Part shown: piece after piece, positions 25,367 through 32,000 of the stretch
Position numbering within the stretch: position 1 is the stretch's first letter
How the letters are laid out: every line of letters begins with the position of its first letter
Assembly (NCBI GenBank): GCA_020160975.1
Contig: JAIUPJ010000001.1
Span: 180,001 to 212,000 of the forward strand
Direction: 5' to 3'
Origin: Candidatus Saccharimonadota bacterium
GTDB taxonomy: Bacteria; Patescibacteriota; Saccharimonadia; Saccharimonadales; Saccharimonadaceae
DNA length: 32,000 nt
Made by a program: the position numbers and the translations under genes
Notes under the pieces: generated by a model
Database searches by the model: none
What the model saw: only the letters and a program-made list of their open reading frames with translations
What the model was told of the DNA's origin: nothing

Positions 25367-25395
25367 ATTGTATCATACTATATTAATATTGTCAA
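25367..25395 (-). promoter_or_regulatory. consensus-like sigma70 promoter TTGACA-N17-TACAAT
   Basis: The minus strand reads TTGACA (25395-25390), a 17-nt spacer, then TACAAT (25372-25367). Confidence 0.6.
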
Positions 25396-25400
25396 ATAAA

Positions 25401-26162
25401 TTAGACACCGAGCAACTGGACGATAGTCCCGACAAACACCAAGCCACCTAGTAACACAAGCGCTTGGAGTGTACCGATTTTTCGTGGCTGCTCATGAATA
25501 TCAGGGATGATGTCACTCGCTGCTACATAGACGAAGAACCCGGCGGTCACAGCCAGAAGTTGCGCCACCGGCAAATGCAACGCGCTCCCAAGCCAATACG
25601 TCAGCGAGGCGGCAAGCAGCGTGCCAATAGCTGTCAGCGCATTTGCAAGTAATACTCGTTTGTCACGCCACCCGCGGCTAATGAGCATACCGAACGTCCC
25701 CAGCTCTTTGGGGATCTCGTGCGCACTCACCGCCAAGGTGGTCACGACGCCGGTCGCAGGATTGGCAAGAAACGCCGATGCAATCGCGATACCGTCGATG
25801 GCATTGTGCAGCAGGTCGCCGATCATCAGCATGGTGTTTTGGGTGCCTTTGCGGTGCTCATGAATGCCATGCTCATGATGGTGGTGAAACCAGCTCGCCA
25901 GCCGCTCGAGGAGGAAAAATGCCACAAAGCCACCAAGCGCCCAGAGTAGCAGCTCACTTGGTTCAGCCAGCTCAAAACTCTCTGGCAAGAGGTCGAGAAA
26001 TGCCGCCGCCAGCAACGCACCAGCGCCAAAGGGCAGGGCAATCAAAATAGCCTTGTCGCGACGGTTCTTGGTGAGGAATATCGCGCTCCCCCCGATCAGC
26101 GACACGGCGCTACCGATCAAGATAACCAGTATCATCAAAAAGAATGTGCTCATTACTGTCAT
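25401..26162 (-). CDS. ZIP-family divalent metal transporter (ZupT-like)
   Basis: His-rich loop HHHHEHGIHEH, the HEIPKELGTFGML motif and multiple TM segments. Start taken at MTVMSTFF (26162), because the longer ORF overlaps the divergent gene. Confidence 0.85.
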   Translation of the reverse strand: MTVMSTFFLMILVILIGSAVSLIGGSAIFLTKNRRDKAILIALPFGAGALLAAAFLDLLPESFELAEPSELLLWALGGFVAFFLLERLASWFHHHHEHGIHEHRKGTQNTMLMIGDLLHNAIDGIAIASAFLANPATGVVTTLAVSAHEIPKELGTFGMLISRGWRDKRVLLANALTAIGTLLAASLTYWLGSALHLPVAQLLAVTAGFFVYVAASDIIPDIHEQPRKIGTLQALVLLGGLVFVGTIVQLLGV

Positions 26163-26276
26163 TGTATCAGATTGACGTATATATATTTCAGTGGTAGAGT
26201 AAGTATAATTTCGTCGAGCCCGACGAATTCCTACCAGCGGCTCCGAAATCGGAGCTTGAAAGAGGATGGTACTCGG

Positions 26277-26630
26277 ATGCCAAACAGTTATGATGACACC
26301 CTTACGCAACTTGCCCAGTTGCGCACTGATGTACTGGCCCAACTCAGTGCAGGCGGATGGCAATTCTCATCCACAATACCACGTCGGGACCCCTGGAGTT
26401 TGGGCGCAGCAATATTGGGTGATAGATGGATACGCGCAATCAACTTGGGGCAGCCATCGGCCAGTGGTGAGCAGCTAAAGTCATGCCTCTGGCTCGCCAC
26501 TAATGGAAAATTCTATGTGAGCGACGATTGGGGAAAACACCGGGTCGTCAAACTCAACAGGAAGCCATTGTGGTTCCTGAGGGCAACTCAACAGAGTCTT
26601 GCAGAGATGCACCTTTTCCTCAGTCGCTAG
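26277..26630 (+). CDS. GC-rich orphan hypothetical protein (117 aa)
   Basis: The ATG at 26277 is preceded by AGAGGA with a 10-nt spacer. A 13-bp perfect hairpin follows. Confidence 0.6.
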   Translation: MPNSYDDTLTQLAQLRTDVLAQLSAGGWQFSSTIPRRDPWSLGAAILGDRWIRAINLGQPSASGEQLKSCLWLATNGKFYVSDDWGKHRVVKLNRKPLWFLRATQQSLAEMHLFLSR

Positions 26631-26647
26631 CAAGACTCGTTCAAGCT

Positions 26648-26678
26648 CCGAGCCCCGACCACCACGGTCGGGGCTCGG
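26648..26678 (+). terminator. GC-rich hairpin terminator
   Basis: CCGAGCCCCGACC / GGTCGGGGCTCGG, a 13-bp perfect stem with loop ACCAC. Confidence 0.65.
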
Positions 26679-26897
26679 TTCATAATAAACAGATAAAAAA
26701 ATCCGGATTCACTCCGGTCTTTTTGTTGTAACTTCCTGAAAAAGAGCAGCCCGAGTGGCGGATTTATTCCGCACGCGGCGCGATGATAAACGAGCGGTCA
26801 GCAAGTTTATATGCCGAACCAGAGAAAACCAGCATTCAAGAATAGTTTCCTCTGCGTGAAGCTATAGAAAAAACTCTGTTTTGTCTCATAACAAACG

Positions 26898-26926
26898 AAA
26901 ACGACCAACGCGAAGTTGGTCGTTTT
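26898..26926. terminator. bidirectional rho-independent terminator
   Basis: AAAACGACCAAC / GTTGGTCGTTTT, a 12-bp perfect stem with A/T tracts on both sides. Confidence 0.7.
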
Positions 26927-27217
26927 ATCGTACTCATCGTAAGGTACCAGGTAAGGGTGGGCATCACCTGGCACCATACAACCCTTCATCCCACCCTGGA
27001 AGGGCATAGCGTGACCCACCTCACAACATATGGAGGTCCGCCGGACAAAGGGATTAGTATACGCACTCGAGCTTTCTAGCGGCGGGCCAGTGGAGGGTAG
27101 ATTACTGACATGCACCCGTGTGCGCAACCTAACATTGAGATTTACCCACGAATGGATAAATTTCGTTAGAATAGGGGGTATAAGGTGCTTGATGGAGCCT
27201 TTATGACTCATCAATCA
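26898..27217 (-). ncRNA. candidate structured non-coding RNA of unknown family (strand uncertain)
   Basis: There is a TGcTAATAT extended -10 on the minus strand at 27224-27232 and a terminator at 26898-26926. An interleaved pseudoknot is formed by CCAGGT 26947-52 / ACCTGG 26966-71 and AGGGTGGG 26954-61 / CCCACCCT 26990-97. A 9-bp long-range helix joins 27035-43 and 27080-88. There is no convincing ORF. Confidence 0.4.
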
Positions 27218-27272
27218 TTTTCGATATTAGCATACACTTGACAAATAGTCAATACTTTTTATCATAAATCAT

Positions 27273-28133
27273 ATGAAAATCAATAAAATCTCTCCTCAAG
27301 ACAGCGTCTATACTAAGGTGTTGACACATATTGCCAAACCACCAAAAAGCTTATACTTTATAGGAAACCTACCAAAAGACCGCAAACCGACGGTCGCTAT
27401 CGTGGGCACACGCAAGCCCACCGCCTACGGCCGCGAGGTCACCGAAACGCTGGCAAATAACCTCGCAAAGAGGGGGGTCGTCGTGGTCAGCGGCCTCGCA
27501 CTTGGGGTCGATGCCATTGCCCACAACGCCACACTCGATGCGGGCGGCACGACCATCGCTGTGCTCGCAAATGCCTTGCCCGCTATCCAACCGAGCACAA
27601 ATCGTAACCTCGGTGAGCGCATCGTCCGCGAGGGAGGCGCTATCATCTGCGAACACAGCGATGACAGCGCATTTGGATCGTGGAGTTTCCTCGAGCGCAA
27701 TCGTATCGTCGCAGGACTTGCCGACGCCATCATCATCACCGAAGCTGCGCAGCGTAGCGGAACGCTCAACACTGCTGCACGTGCACTTGATCAAGGCAAG
27801 GAAGTGTTCGTGGTGCCAGGAAATATATCGAGCCCGATGAGCGCAGGGTGCAACCAGCTCCTCAAGCAAGGGGCGCGTGTCGCGACGATGGCAGAAGATA
27901 TCTTAGAGGTGATTGCACCAGAGCTTCTAAGAGGGCAGGAGCAGCGGCTCGCTCTCGGCAATACACCGCTCGAAACAGCAGTCGTCCAGTGTCTGCAATC
28001 TGGCATCCGTGATGGCGATGAGATTCAAACCACTGTCGGCTGTAGCGCTACCGACTTGAGTGTGGCTCTCACCATGCTCGAGGTGAACGGCTCGATTCGC
28101 GCGCTCGGCGCAAATCAGTGGACGCTCCGCTAA
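27273..28133 (+). CDS. dprA: DNA-processing protein DprA/Smf
   Basis: VAIVGTRKPTAYG, VVSGLALGVDAIAH and TEA..RSGTLNTA. TTGACA-N16-TATCAT ends 7 nt before the ATG. Confidence 0.9.
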   Translation: MKINKISPQDSVYTKVLTHIAKPPKSLYFIGNLPKDRKPTVAIVGTRKPTAYGREVTETLANNLAKRGVVVVSGLALGVDAIAHNATLDAGGTTIAVLANALPAIQPSTNRNLGERIVREGGAIICEHSDDSAFGSWSFLERNRIVAGLADAIIITEAAQRSGTLNTAARALDQGKEVFVVPGNISSPMSAGCNQLLKQGARVATMAEDILEVIAPELLRGQEQRLALGNTPLETAVVQCLQSGIRDGDEIQTTVGCSATDLSVALTMLEVNGSIRALGANQWTLR

Positions 28134-28468
28134 GCAGCAAGAGCTAGGTCGTGGATACTGCCGACATACTGCTTGACATACTCCTCGTTCATCGGCACTT
28201 CTAGTTCAGGTAAAGCCTCTAGTTGTTCTATAAGGGCGGCGGCATAACGACTCACTACTTCGACTCGATCAACTGAGGTATCAAACAGGTAGGTATCATA
28301 GAAGCTCTGTGCGAGCTCTAGTGTCCTCTCTACCTTTGGCGGTCGACTAATCTGGCCTGTAGCGATATCCTTGCTTGCTCCATGGTAGATAAGTCGTGCA
28401 AGTTCATCTGCCGAAACATCCGTCTCATACGCCGAAGCCACTGACGCTTCTATAGCTTCGTCTAACAA
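28130..28468 (-). CDS. hypothetical acidic protein (start unresolved)
   Basis: 112-codon ORF from the TTG at 28468. The frame stays open upstream to 28570 without an ATG. A 31-codon ATG ORF with an SD overlaps it in another frame. Confidence 0.4.
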   Translation of the reverse strand: MLDEAIEASVASAYETDVSADELARLIYHGASKDIATGQISRPPKVERTLELAQSFYDTYLFDTSVDRVEVVSRYAAALIEQLEALPELEVPMNEEYVKQYVGSIHDLALAA

Positions 28469-28711
28469 ATCTCCATTTCCATCACTCGCAAGGAGTGGTT
28501 CGCCGTATATTGTATTACTTGATGTACACCAAACTTTTCCGCTGAAACTAGTGCCATAACGCTTCCTTTCTCAACAATTAGTGTTTGCTTTGTTGAATGT
28601 ATTGTATCTGTTATACCCCTTGAGCTATCTATAGTCAATCCTTTATTGCATAATCATAAAAGATTCTATGGAGGCACCGCACTCTCCCACAAAGAGGGTG
28701 GGGTTGGCCGC

Positions 28712-28753
28712 AAGCCTCATGACTCTACTGATATCAGTAAAGTCATGAGGCTT
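28712..28753. other. 42-nt near-perfect palindrome (21-bp arms, one mismatch)
   Basis: AAGCCTCATGACTCTACTGAT / ATCAGTAAAGTCATGAGGCTT, followed by TATTT. Confidence 0.75.
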
Positions 28754-28839
28754 TATTTGACTTTCACATACAGCTAACGTACTATAAGCCACTGTATTTG
28801 GCCATCAGCCAAAAGTTATATATAGTAGTCTGGAAGCAT

Positions 28840-31290
28840 ATGTCAAAAAACCTCGTCATCGTAGAGAGCCCGAGCAAGGGCAAAACCATAGAAAAATACC
28901 TCGGTAAAGACTTTACCGTGCTGAGTAGTATTGGGCATATTCGCTCTATCGCCAAGAAGACAAAAGACGGCACACCACCTATCGATACCGCAAACGGCTT
29001 CAAAACGGTCTACGAAGTTGACCCTGAGAAAAAGAAAGTTATCACCGAGCTTAAAAAGCAGGTAAAAACCGTCGGCGCTGCCAATGTCTGGCTCGCAACC
29101 GATGAAGACCGCGAAGGAGAAGCGATCGCCTGGCATCTTTGCGAAGTGCTCGGACTCGACCCAAAGACCACTAAGCGCATCGTCTTTCATGAGATTACGA
29201 AGTCCGCTATCGAAGAGGCGATCAAAAACCCCCGAACCGTCGACATGAAGCTTGTCGAAGCACAGCAAGCACGACAGATTCTCGACCGCATCGTCGGCTT
29301 CGAACTCAGTCCTGTCGTCTGGCAAAAAGTCCCTGGCGGCAAATCCGCAGGACGCGTCCAGAGTCCGGCGGTACGCCTGCTTGTCGAGCGCGAGCGCGAA
29401 ATCACAGCTTTTGAAGGCAGCTCTGAGTTCAAAGTCACCGCTATCTTCGTGCATAACGGCGAGGAAGTAAAGGCCGAGCTGAAGCAGCGCTTTGGCACCG
29501 AGCAGGAAGCACACGACTTTCTCGCATCTCTCGATAGCTCTACTTATACGGTCACCGGTGTCACAAAAAGCCCGAGCACACGAAATCCAGCAGCACCATT
29601 TACGACCAGTACCTTGCAGCAAGAAGCCAACAGCAAGCTCGGCTACAGTAGCAAGGCAACCATGACAGCTGCCCAGAAACTCTACCAAGAGGGGCGCATC
29701 ACCTACATGCGTACGGACAGCGTCAATCTCAGCGGGCAGGCGATTGCTGCTGCGACCGATTTCATCAAACGACTCTATGGGGTCGAATACAGCCAAGTCC
29801 GTAAGTTTAAGACCAAATCAGCTGGTGCCCAAGAAGCCCACGAAGCGATTCGCCCTACCGACATGTCCCGCGAGTCAGTCAGCGGCTCCGAGTACGACCA
29901 AAAGCTCTACGACCTCATCCGGCGCCGTACGCTTGCCAGCCAAATGGCGCCTGCCAAGCTCGAAAACACGACCATTACTATCGCCATCTCTGGCGCTAGC
30001 AACGATTCCTCGCATCGGCTTCAAGGGGAGGAGCGCGTTTTGGAATTTACTTCCAAAACACAAGCGGAGGGGCATACCCCTCCTGTATTTGAAGCAAAGG
30101 GTCAAGTCGTAATCTTTGACGGATTTCTGCGCGTCTATGGTGGCGGCAAAGAAGACGCACTTCTACCAAAGGTCAGTAGTGGTGACACGCTTACAGCGCA
30201 TAGCATCGAAGCCAAGCAAGTCTTTGCACGCCCACCAGCTCGTTACTCCGAAGGCATGTTGGTCAAGAAGCTTGAAGAACTTGGCATCGGCCGCCCAAGT
30301 ACCTACGCAACCATCATCAACACCGTCCAGACTCGTGGGTATGCCGAGAAAGGCGAGGACGAAGGCCAGCCGCGTTACGTTATCGTACTCACGCGCTATG
30401 GCAGCGAAGCGGACCGATCGTCTCAAGACCAGACAGAAACTATCGTCCGCGAAGTTGTCCAGGAAAAAACCGGGAGCAACCGGGGCAAACTTGTCCCAAC
30501 ACCGTCTGGCGAACTGATCAGCGACTTCCTCAGTAATCATTTCGAACAAGTTGTCGACTATGGGTTCACCGCCAGTGTGGAAGAGCATTTCGATGACATC
30601 GCTGACAGCAAACTCGAGCGCAATACGATGCTACAAGATTTCTATACACCATTCCACGAGCTTATCGAAAAATCTGGCGACATCGACCGCAGCAAAGTAG
30701 GCAATAGTCGCGAAGTCGGTATCGATCCAAAGTCTGGCAAGCCGATTTTGGCACGATTTGGACGCTTTGGCCCCATGCTTCAGCTCGGTGCCACCGAAAG
30801 CGACGACAAACCAGAATTCGCCCCTATGCCACGTGGCGCCAAGATCGAGACCGTCACGCTCGAACAAGCTCTCGAAGCGTTCAAACTACCTCGTACAATT
30901 GGCACAACAGAGGACGGGCAGGTGATTAAAGCAGCAATTGGCCGGTTTGGCCCATTTATCCAGATTGGCACCAAGACAAAGACCACCAAGCCGCTCTACG
31001 TCAGCCTCAAAGAAGACGACCCTCATGATATCACCGAGACACGCGCCCGCGAACTCTATGCCGCCAAGCTTCAGGCTGAAGCTGAGAAAAATATCGCCGT
31101 TTTCGGCACCATCAAAGTGCTCAATGGCCGCTTTGGCCCCTACATTACCGATGGCAAGAAAAATGTCAAAATTCCAAAAGACACTGATCCAACAACGATT
31201 ACCGAAGCCACTGCTAAAAAGCTGCTCGCCGAGGCACCCGCCAAAGGCAAGCTCCGCCGCACCACTCGCGGTAAAGCTCGGAACAAGTAG
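28840..31290 (+). CDS. topA: DNA topoisomerase I, with GRFGP-type C-terminal repeats instead of zinc fingers and a Lys-rich tail
   Basis: Toprim motifs VIVESPSK and ATDEDREGE. Active-site region GRITYMRTDS. C-terminal ARFGRFGPM, IGRFGPFIQ and NGRFGPYIT. Start at ATG 28840 (MSKNLVIVESP). Confidence 0.93.
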   Translation: MSKNLVIVESPSKGKTIEKYLGKDFTVLSSIGHIRSIAKKTKDGTPPIDTANGFKTVYEVDPEKKKVITELKKQVKTVGAANVWLATDEDREGEAIAWHLCEVLGLDPKTTKRIVFHEITKSAIEEAIKNPRTVDMKLVEAQQARQILDRIVGFELSPVVWQKVPGGKSAGRVQSPAVRLLVEREREITAFEGSSEFKVTAIFVHNGEEVKAELKQRFGTEQEAHDFLASLDSSTYTVTGVTKSPSTRNPAAPFTTSTLQQEANSKLGYSSKATMTAAQKLYQEGRITYMRTDSVNLSGQAIAAATDFIKRLYGVEYSQVRKFKTKSAGAQEAHEAIRPTDMSRESVSGSEYDQKLYDLIRRRTLASQMAPAKLENTTITIAISGASNDSSHRLQGEERVLEFTSKTQAEGHTPPVFEAKGQVVIFDGFLRVYGGGKEDALLPKVSSGDTLTAHSIEAKQVFARPPARYSEGMLVKKLEELGIGRPSTYATIINTVQTRGYAEKGEDEGQPRYVIVLTRYGSEADRSSQDQTETIVREVVQEKTGSNRGKLVPTPSGELISDFLSNHFEQVVDYGFTASVEEHFDDIADSKLERNTMLQDFYTPFHELIEKSGDIDRSKVGNSREVGIDPKSGKPILARFGRFGPMLQLGATESDDKPEFAPMPRGAKIETVTLEQALEAFKLPRTIGTTEDGQVIKAAIGRFGPFIQIGTKTKTTKPLYVSLKEDDPHDITETRARELYAAKLQAEAEKNIAVFGTIKVLNGRFGPYITDGKKNVKIPKDTDPTTITEATAKKLLAEAPAKGKLRRTTRGKARNK

Positions 31291-31427
31291 TAGAAGTTAC
31301 CTGGACTGTTGTGCCCCGGGGTACTGAAGCATTGATGTTCCGATGCAAAACGCTCATACTTGTCGAATCCACGCTTTTGTGCTTCGATATCATTACTGTC
31401 GTTCAATCAACCGAAACGAAGTAAGTC

Positions 31428-31640
31428 GTGCTCGTCAAAAGCACACTGTCGCGGCGCAATGCCGACCTCTCCCCACAGCAGGAAGCCGACTGGCTGGACG
31501 TTGTCAACCAGGTGCCCACGCACAGCAGCATGGGTCTCGGGCCGCCTACGCCCGTACGGATACCAGTGTCCGACCACTTCAAGCCACTACCGGACACCAA
31601 TCCGGCCATCATCTGTGGCGGGCTGGGCGGTGGCGTCTAG
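31428..31640 (+). CDS. GC-rich ORF (70 codons, GTG start directly after a stop); possibly a gene remnant
   Basis: About 54 of 70 codons end in G/C by hand count. A 15-bp hairpin lies 17 nt after the stop. There is no ATG or clear SD. Confidence 0.3.
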   Translation: MLVKSTLSRRNADLSPQQEADWLDVVNQVPTHSSMGLGPPTPVRIPVSDHFKPLPDTNPAIICGGLGGGV

Positions 31641-31656
31641 GACCGGTGAGCGACAA

Positions 31657-31692
31657 GACGCCCAGGAGTACAATGGAGTACTCCTGGGCGTC
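31657..31692. terminator. 15-bp perfect hairpin GACGCCCAGGAGTAC / GTACTCCTGGGCGTC
   Basis: Read directly from the sequence. There is no clear U tract on either strand. Confidence 0.5.
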
Positions 31693-31880
31693 ACTCTCAA
31701 CTATGGTGTACTATTTTCCACATCGTACTGTGGATTTTTTATTACATCAACAGGGGTGAAGGTTGACGCTTAGATTATTTATGAACAGGCTAACCATACT
31801 TTCTTCACAAAAAAAGTCCCAAAAAAGCATTTACCATAAGCGTCGACATTGTGGTACAATAAATATAGAAGATTTGATGT

Positions 31881-31909
31881 TTGACATATTTAAAATTTTG
31901 TTCTATAAT
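31881..31909 (+). promoter_or_regulatory. consensus sigma70 promoter TTGACA-N17-TATAAT
   Basis: Both hexamers match consensus exactly and the spacer is 17 nt. It lies ~70 nt upstream of the ATG at 31980. Confidence 0.65.
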
Positions 31910-31979
31910 CAAACATGAATTGTATAGTAACGATAATTATTTCCTGAGGTGAGGCGGGGGAGACGGAGAGAACCACAAC

Positions 31980-32000
31980 ATGAGCGAGTCTGCACAAAAA
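31980..32000 (+). CDS. 5' end of an unidentified gene (MSESAQK...) running out of the window
   Basis: The ATG is preceded by the purine-rich GGAGACGGAGAG. Only 7 codons are visible. Confidence 0.35.

Noticed and set aside
25401-26363. Long (320-aa) version of the ZIP transporter ORF; also the 23961 start of the pth ORF
   Set aside because: Both N-terminal extensions run through promoter DNA or an opposite-strand gene and are non-homologous-looking. The internal ATGs at 26162 and 24057 begin the recognisable protein.
26807-27214. 135-aa minus-strand ORF
   Set aside because: It runs straight through a 12-bp terminator hairpin and the pseudoknot helices, has no SD, and the peptide is not protein-like. 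It is treated as non-coding.
26740-27232. tmRNA, RNase P RNA or SRP RNA identity for the structured region
   Set aside because: I could not find the universal motifs on either strand: GAGGAAAGUCC and ACAGAAnCCGGCUUA for RNase P; a tRNA-like GGUUCGA T-arm with acceptor pairing and an ..ALAA tag frame for tmRNA; GGAAGCAGC for SRP RNA. The family is left open.
28843-29796. 317-aa ORF on the minus strand
   Set aside because: It is antisense to topA, whose Toprim and active-site motifs are unambiguous.

Overview
This is a gene-dense chromosomal segment. Its gene content looks like a small-genome Gram-positive-like or CPR (Saccharibacteria-type) bacterium, but that assignment is inference from gene content only. 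Recognisable genes are a 5'-truncated GIY-YIG nuclease, tRNA-Leu(CAA), sortase, a PEGA protein, gltX, a DUF3048 protein, two histidine kinase/response regulator pairs, tRNA-Glu(CUC), an LMW phosphatase, a DEAD-box helicase, htpX, an ABC-2 exporter (ATPase plus two permeases), a pseudouridine synthase, der, pth, a ZIP metal transporter, dprA and topA. I saw no rRNA, CRISPR array, integrase, transposase or recognisable defence gene. Six things stand out. (1) Most larger intergenic gaps hold a small, visibly GC-richer orphan ORF cassette with its own AT-rich promoter and a GC-rich hairpin. (2) Four hairpins next to the minus-strand cassettes have unrelated stems but the same ACCGU centre in the same orientation. 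(3) An ORF-poor, highly structured region at 26.7-27.2 kb contains an H-type pseudoknot, a promoter and terminators, and I cannot assign it to a known RNA family. (4) gltX, der and topA carry long hydrophilic in-frame insertions in conserved cores. (5) Many native genes have a -10 box only 6-11 nt before the ATG, which suggests leaderless mRNAs. (6) Decayed copies of tRNA 3' ends lie downstream of both tRNAs. Every functional call rests on motifs I recognised by eye in the supplied translations; no database search was possible.
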